A DNA stretch of 12,766 nucleotides from Leptolyngbyaceae cyanobacterium. Lineage in GTDB: Bacteria > Cyanobacteriota > Cyanobacteriia > Phormidesmidales > Phormidesmidaceae. Location: NCBI GenBank assembly GCA_050331235.1, contig JBHJHA010000098.1:1-12766 (forward strand), written 5' to 3'. The position numbers and the translations under genes are program-made. A model generated the notes under the pieces. The model saw only the letters and a list, made by a program, of their open reading frames with translations, did no database searches and had not been told where the DNA came from. Each line of letters starts with the position of its first letter. Position 1 is the stretch's first letter. This document shows positions 7,913 to 12,766 of the stretch, in pieces.

Positions 7913-9379
7913 ATGGCGAGCACTCTCTCTCCGACTGACTTTATTGACAAACCCATTAAATTTGGTACCGACGGCTGGCGTGGCATGATGGCCGCCGATT
8001 TCACTTTTAGCCGGGTCTTTCACGTGGCCCAAGTAGCTGCCCACGTGCTGAAACAGTGCTACGGCGAGCAAACGGGGAGCGATGTTGTCATTGTCGGTCA
8101 TGATCGCCGGTTTTCCTCGCCGCACTTCGCCAAAACTGCCGCCGAAGCCATTACCCAAGCTGGCTTTGACGTCCTGCTATCTGAAGCCTACGCCCCCACC
8201 CCGGCCTTTAGCTGGGCGGCCAAAGATCAAGGGGCTTTGGGGGCGATCGTCATTACCGCCAGCCATAACCCCGCCGTATACAACGGTCTAAAAATCAAGA
8301 GTGCCTTTGGCGGCTCAGTTCCCGGTGACGTCACCAAAATTGTGGAAGCGCACCTAGACCAACCCCTGCCCGCAGCTACCAAAACTGGCACCTTAAACAC
8401 GTTTGATCCGTGGGAGAGCTACTGCCGCGAGCTGCAGTCGAAAGTTGACCTAGCCGCCATTCAATCGGCGATGACCAGTGGCAAACTGACGGTATTTGCT
8501 GATGTGATGCACGGGGCAGCGGCCACGGGGCTAGAGCGACTGCTAGGCCAGCCTATCAATGAACTGAATGGAGCGGCGGATCCGCTGTTTGAAGGGGGCG
8601 CCCCTGAACCGCTGCCGAAGTACCTTCAGCGTATGCTGAAAACGGTAGCGGAGTATCAACCAGCGAGCGCAGAGGAACTGGTTGCCGGTTTGGTCTTTGA
8701 CGGAGACAGCGATCGCATCGGCGCAGTCGATGGTGACGGCAACTTTTTGAGCTCACAAATTCTCATTCCGATCCTGATTGATCACTTGGCTCAAGTACAT
8801 GGACACGCAGGAGAAGTGATCAAGACCATTAGTGGCTCCAACCTCATTCCTAAAGTGGCCGAGCTACATGGCCGCAGCGTCCATGAAACTCCCGTGGGCT
8901 ACAAATACATCGCTGACCGGATGTTGACCTCCCAAGCGCTCATCGGCGGCGAAGAATCGGGTGGCGTGGGCTATGGTCACCATATTCCTGAACGCGATGC
9001 GCTGTTATCAGCACTCTATGTGTTAGAGGCCGTGGTGAAGTCGGGACTGGATTTGAGCGATCGCTATCGTCGTTTGCAGGACAAAACCGGCTATCACTCA
9101 GAATACGACCGGATCGACTTGCCCCTAGCCAGCATGGACGTTCGCGACAAGCTGCTGCACGCGCTCAAAACCGACCGCCCAACTACCGTGGCTGGCAAAG
9201 CCGTTACCCACTGCCTCGACATCGATGGTTACAAATTCACCCTTGCGGATGACAGCTGGTTGCTGATTCGCTTTAGCGGCACTGAACCTGTGTTGCGCCT
9301 CTACAGCGAAGCCAGCAGTCTTGACGAAGTACACAAGCACCTAAACTGGGCTAAAGATTGGGCCACCGCAATTCGTTAA
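7913..9379 (+). CDS. Phosphoglucomutase/phosphomannomutase (alpha-D-phosphohexomutase)
   Basis: IKFGTDGWRG, ITASHNP (phospho-Ser), FDGDSDR (metal loop), GGEESGG (sugar loop) and IRFSGTEP.LR.YSEA. ATG 7913 preferred to TTG 7850. Confidence 0.95.
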   Translation: MASTLSPTDFIDKPIKFGTDGWRGMMAADFTFSRVFHVAQVAAHVLKQCYGEQTGSDVVIVGHDRRFSSPHFAKTAAEAITQAGFDVLLSEAYAPTPAFSWAAKDQGALGAIVITASHNPAVYNGLKIKSAFGGSVPGDVTKIVEAHLDQPLPAATKTGTLNTFDPWESYCRELQSKVDLAAIQSAMTSGKLTVFADVMHGAAATGLERLLGQPINELNGAADPLFEGGAPEPLPKYLQRMLKTVAEYQPASAEELVAGLVFDGDSDRIGAVDGDGNFLSSQILIPILIDHLAQVHGHAGEVIKTISGSNLIPKVAELHGRSVHETPVGYKYIADRMLTSQALIGGEESGGVGYGHHIPERDALLSALYVLEAVVKSGLDLSDRYRRLQDKTGYHSEYDRIDLPLASMDVRDKLLHALKTDRPTTVAGKAVTHCLDIDGYKFTLADDSWLLIRFSGTEPVLRLYSEASSLDEVHKHLNWAKDWATAIR

Positions 9380-9405
9380 ACCGCTGATCGGTTGGCGATG
9401 CAGAG

Positions 9406-9443
9406 CCGGTCATTAAACTGTCTGAGATCAGTTTAATGGCCGG
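9406..9443 (+). terminator. Stem-loop downstream of the phosphohexomutase gene
   Basis: CCGGTCATTAAACTG (9406-9420) and CAGTTTAATGGCCGG (9429-9443): 15-bp stem with one G-U pair in the + transcript, 8-nt loop, 26 nt after the stop; no U-tract. Confidence 0.55.
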
Positions 9444-9524
9444 TCCGCGTCAGCCGCGCCAGAATCGCCATAGGTGTGAGGGCTCATACCAATTCCTCAA
9501 ATTACAGCTACACATAAGATTCGG

Positions 9525-9566
9525 CTTCGACTCCGCTTAGCCGACGTTGTTTGAGCGGAGCCGAAA
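9525..9566. repeat. Degenerate REP-like extragenic palindrome (CTTCGACTCCGCTCAG type)
   Basis: TTCGACTCCGCTTAG (9526-9540) pairs with TTGAGCGGAGCCGAA (9551-9565), with 1 mismatch and 2 G-U pairs. Resembles a dispersed palindrome I recall from filamentous cyanobacteria. Confidence 0.55.
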
Positions 9567-9833
9567 GGAACCTCTGTAGCGCGATCTCCAAGAAAGAAGT
9601 TGGTATGAGCCTTGCTAGATGGGCGCTGGTGGATGATATTTGCCGAGCAGAGATGCTACGAAAACCCAAATATTCTCTGACAGTGAAAATTTCACAGTTT
9701 GTCAATTGTGGTCAGCTGATTTCATCACAATGGGATAAAGTTCTGTCACAAACGGACGAGATAGCGGCAAGCGTTTTCTCGTTATCCTGGTTCCCAGACA
9801 AAATGAAATCTTTACATCGGCTAGATAACTACC

Positions 9834-10886
9834 ATGGGCGAGTCAGAACAAATTCGAGTCGGCATTGTCGGCGCTTCGGGCTACGGGGGCGTGCAATTAG
9901 TCCGTCTATTAAGCGAACATCCTCATGCCGAAATTACTTACTTAGGTGGCAATAGCAGTGCTGGCAAAGCCTACAGCGATCTGTATCCACACTTGGCAGT
10001 GACCCTATCGGTCGAGACAGTTAACGTCGATGTCATTGCCAATCGATGTGATGCAATCTTCTTGTCATTACCCAATGGAATTGCCTGCAGTTTGGCTCCT
10101 CAGCTACTAGAGCGGGGCTGCAAAGTTTTGGATTTGTCTGCCGATTATCGATTTGCCGATCTGAGCCAGTATCGAGCGTGGTACGGGGGTGATCGCGCGG
10201 ACGCAGGGACTAATCAGCAAGCCGTTTACGGCTTGCCTGAGTTGTTTGGTGAGCAGCTATCAGAGGCCCGTTTAGTGGGATGTCCGGGGTGTTATCCCAC
10301 GGCGAGTTTGTTGGCGATCGCCCCGCTCCTCAAACAGGGGTTGGCACAGTCGGACAGCCTTATCGTTGATGCGAAATCGGGCACATCTGGCGGTGGCCGC
10401 CAAGCCAAAGAACACTTGCTGCTAGCCGAAGCCGATAACTCCTTGGCCGCCTATGGCGTCGCCAAGCACCGTCATACCCCAGAAATTGAGCAGATTTGTT
10501 CGCGTCTTGCTGGCCGCGAAGTGCTCGTGCAGTTTACGCCACATTTGGTGCCCATGGTCCGGGGCATCCTCTCAACGGTGTATGCTAACCTCCGCGATCC
10601 TGGTTTAGTGCGCGAAGATCTGCACACAATTTACTCCGCCTTTTACCGGCGATCGCCCTGGATTACCATTTTACCCAGTGGCGTCTATCCTCAAACGAAG
10701 TGGGCCTGGGGCACCAATCGCTGTTACATCGGGATTGAGGTCGATGCTCGCACCGGGCGGGTGATTGTGCTGTCGGCGATCGACAACTTGATGAAAGGTC
10801 AGGCGGGACAAGCAGTTCAGTGTTTTAACCTGATGCATGGTTTAGACCAACAGCTAGGTTTGCCGATGCAAAGCTTCTACCCCTAA
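9834..10886 (+). CDS. argC: N-acetyl-gamma-glutamyl-phosphate reductase
   Basis: [11 protein letters not shown]ossmann motif, [22 protein letters not shown] (catalytic Cys), [32 protein letters not shown] and [14 protein letters not shown]. Confidence 0.97.
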   Translation: MGESEQIRVGIVGASGYGGVQLVRLLSEHPHAEITYLGGNSSAGKAYSDLYPHLAVTLSVETVNVDVIANRCDAIFLSLPNGIACSLAPQLLERGCKVLDLSADYRFADLSQYRAWYGGDRADAGTNQQAVYGLPELFGEQLSEARLVGCPGCYPTASLLAIAPLLKQGLAQSDSLIVDAKSGTSGGGRQAKEHLLLAEADNSLAAYGVAKHRHTPEIEQICSRLAGREVLVQFTPHLVPMVRGILSTVYANLRDPGLVREDLHTIYSAFYRRSPWITILPSGVYPQTKWAWGTNRCYIGIEVDARTGRVIVLSAIDNLMKGQAGQAVQCFNLMHGLDQQLGLPMQSFYP

Positions 10887-11084
10887 ATGGAGCGCACAGT
10901 TGACCAAGCCGGAGTTGACTTCCTACTGGGTGATAGCGGTGCGAACGCCAGTTGAATAAGGTTAATTGTTAAAATGAGTAAACATCGTTAGCAACACTAT
11001 TCGCCAGCTGAGCGGGTGGCTGACTCCCTAAGGAGGGGTGACTAGTGTTGCGCTGCTGTTTGCTGACCTTGTTGAGCCCGAGAT

Positions 11085-11381
11085 ATGACCGATCTTTTCA
11101 CCGTCGACCATTTCGCTAGCTGGATTCTCAGTCCGCTATTGGCAGTGTATACTCTGCTATTTATTGTGCGGATTGTGTTGACTTGGTATCCCGAAGCCGA
11201 TGGCGATCGCCTGCCATTTAGTCTGGTCTTTTGGCCTACTGAGTTTTTGCTCAAGCCCGTACGGGAGTGGGTGCCACCGTTTGGGGGCGTCGACATTTCG
11301 CCAATTATTTGGGTCGGTATTACAACTCTGCTGCGGGAAATTTTGCTGGGTCAACAGGGGCTCTTGCGAATGCTAGCTTAG
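11085..11381 (+). CDS. YggT family membrane protein, CCB3-type (cytochrome b6 heme ci assembly factor-like)
   Basis: LFIVRIVLTWYP...P......PTE..L.P.R..VPP.GGVDISPIIW, with the C-terminal LLGQQGLL that I associate with the CCB3 subgroup. Confidence 0.85.
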   Translation: MTDLFTVDHFASWILSPLLAVYTLLFIVRIVLTWYPEADGDRLPFSLVFWPTEFLLKPVREWVPPFGGVDISPIIWVGITTLLREILLGQQGLLRMLA

Positions 11382-11444
11382 CCCGCTTGGTGGGCACGTC
11401 TGAATTGAGGCCGCCCCAGCTCCAGCTGTCGTTTGGATATACGT

Positions 11445-12766
11445 ATGGCCATGTTTGCGCTTCGCTTTCAGCTTGGTGGATATGTCGCGGCAGTCGTGCT
11501 CAGCGGGCTCAGTGCCTGTGCAACGCCGCCAGTTCCAAGTTCCCCCTCGGACTCAACCACCGAGCCAGCATCCCCAACAGTAACCGCTCAAGATGCCGCC
11601 GCAGCGCCTGCGGCAGTGATCGCCACAACGCCATTGACGCCGCAGCCCATTCGCATCAGCATCGACGACTTACCAGCTCCCTATGCTAGCGAAAGTGCTT
11701 CCCAGTCGCCTCAGGTAGTCGCCGTTCCAGAGGAACCTATCCTCTTGGTCCCCGACGGCTTTGTAGTCAATGTCTTTGCCGAAGGCTTAGACCGCCCCCG
11801 CTGGTTGGCGCTCACGCCTGAGGGCGACGTACTTGTGACTGAAACTCGGGAAAACCGTATCCGTCGCCTTCGTGATACCAATGGTAATGGCGTAGCCGAT
11901 GAGATGTCAGTTTTTGCCGACAGCAATAACGGTTTAAATATTCCCTTTGGCATGGCCTTTAGCGGCGATGCCTTTTTCCTCGGCAATACCGATGCGGTCC
12001 TGCGGTTTCCCTATCAGTCGGGACAGGAGACATTGTCAGGGCGGGGGAAGCAAATTGCGGAGCTGCCCGGTGATGGCTACCGCCAACACTGGACCCGAAA
12101 TGTTGTCCTAGCGCCCTCGGGCGATCGCCTCTATGTCTCGATTGGTTCTCAATCTAATGTTGATGAGGAGCCCCTACCCCGCGCCTCTGTGCAAGTAATG
12201 AATTTGGATGGAACCGAGCAAGCGACCTTTGCTTCAGGACTGCGTAACCCGGTCGGCCTGGACTTTCATCCGCAAACAGGCGATCTGTTTGTCACCGTGA
12301 ATGAGCGCGACGGGTTGGGAGACGACTTAGTCCCCGACTATTTTACCCAGATTCAGCCCGGCGAATTTTATGGTTGGCCTTATGCTTATCTCACGCCAGA
12401 GCTATTGGATCCGCGACAGCAAGTGGGCGATCGCAGCAAGGCGCCCCAGCTAGCCGCCCAGACCCAAACTCCCGACGTACTGTTTCAATCCCACTCAGCG
12501 GCTTTGGGCTTGCAATTCTACGACGGCATCACCTTTCCCGACAAGTATCACAATGGAGCCTTTGTCGCCTTTCGCGGCTCCTGGAACCGGAGTCAAGGCA
12601 CTGGCTACAAGCTGGTGTTTATCCCCTTTGATGAGTCTGGTGAGGCTCTGGGCTATTACGAAGATTTCTTGACCGGCTTCCTCATCGACCCCAGCGGCCC
12701 CACCACCTGGGGCCGACCGGTTGGCTTGCTGATGTTGCCCGACGGCAGCCTCCTCTTCACTGAAGA
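11445..12766 (+). CDS. L-sorbosone dehydrogenase family / PQQ-dependent sugar dehydrogenase beta-propeller lipoprotein; runs off the 3' end
   Basis: Absent from the ORF track because it has no stop in the window. Hand translation: MAMFALRFQLGGYVAAVVLSGLSA-C (lipobox, Cys25)...VPDGFVVNVFAEGLDRPRWLA...RDTNGNGVAD...LNIPFGMAF...QHWTRN...LYVSIGSQSN...GLRNPVG...VNERDGLGDDLVPDY...YGWPY...HSAALG...RGSWNRS...GRPVG. ATG 11451 is an alternative start. Confidence 0.9.
   Translation, partial: MAMFALRFQLGGYVAAVVLSGLSACATPPVPSSPSDSTTEPASPTVTAQDAAAAPAAVIATTPLTPQPIRISIDDLPAPYASESASQSPQVVAVPEEPILLVPDGFVVNVFAEGLDRPRWLALTPEGDVLVTETRENRIRRLRDTNGNGVADEMSVFADSNNGLNIPFGMAFSGDAFFLGNTDAVLRFPYQSGQETLSGRGKQIAELPGDGYRQHWTRNVVLAPSGDRLYVSIGSQSNVDEEPLPRASVQVMNLDGTEQATFASGLRNPVGLDFHPQTGDLFVTVNERDGLGDDLVPDYFTQIQPGEFYGWPYAYLTPELLDPRQQVGDRSKAPQLAAQTQTPDVLFQSHSAALGLQFYDGITFPDKYHNGAFVAFRGSWNRSQGTGYKLVFIPFDESGEALGYYEDFLTGFLIDPSGPTTWGRPVGLLMLPDGSLLFTE

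Larger units (their letters stand above)
11..12434. repeat. HIP1 octamer GCGATCGC, dispersed
   Basis: Copies start at 11, 1164, 1381, 2241, 3704, 4542, 4817, 5702, 6248, 6829, 7089, 7530, 8709, 9057, 10314, 10649, 11203, 12121 and 12427 (manual count; a minimum). Confidence 0.93.

Noticed and set aside
3038..9379. An exopolysaccharide gene cluster (GT2 plus phosphohexomutase)
   Set aside because: The genes are on opposite strands, separated by unrelated GST and DUF429 genes, and no export genes are present.
9508..9955. ORFs 9551..9955 (+) and 9508..9705 (-)
   Set aside because: They run through the REP-like hairpin and the argC upstream region, the + ORF overlaps argC out of frame, and neither looks protein-like.
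10958..10986. HLR1-like repeat upstream of yggT
   Set aside because: The second half-site has three mismatches; more likely ordinary AT-rich promoter DNA.
5..12631. Remaining short ORF-track entries nested in or antisense to the called genes (e.g. 52..324, 1138..1455, 7697..8158, 11267..11689, 11711..11986)
   Set aside because: Shadow ORFs of genuine CDSs with no family motifs.

Overview
Chromosomal window from a cyanobacterium (at least 19 HIP1 GCGATCGC octamers; CCB3-type YggT; EF-hand transaldolase). Gene order: 5'-truncated tandem LprI/DUF1311 lipoprotein (+), a ~40-aa small ORF missing from the ORF track (-), a 2TM-domain protein (-), transaldolase with C-terminal EF-hands (+), a cellulose-synthase-like GT2 (-), a Cys-type glutathione S-transferase (+), DUF429 (-), phosphoglucomutase/phosphomannomutase (+), argC (+), YggT/CCB3 (+) and a 3'-truncated sorbosone-dehydrogenase-family lipoprotein (+). 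Most of it is housekeeping; I saw no mobile element, CRISPR array, rRNA or tRNA. The most notable part is 876-1650. There a near-consensus sigma70 promoter is bracketed by two copies of a 20-bp palindrome matching the AphA/PadR-type box ATATGCA-N6-TGCATAT. It points into the 2TM gene and, possibly, a downstream microprotein whose ribosome-binding site lies in a hairpin. All family assignments come from motif recognition, not database searches.
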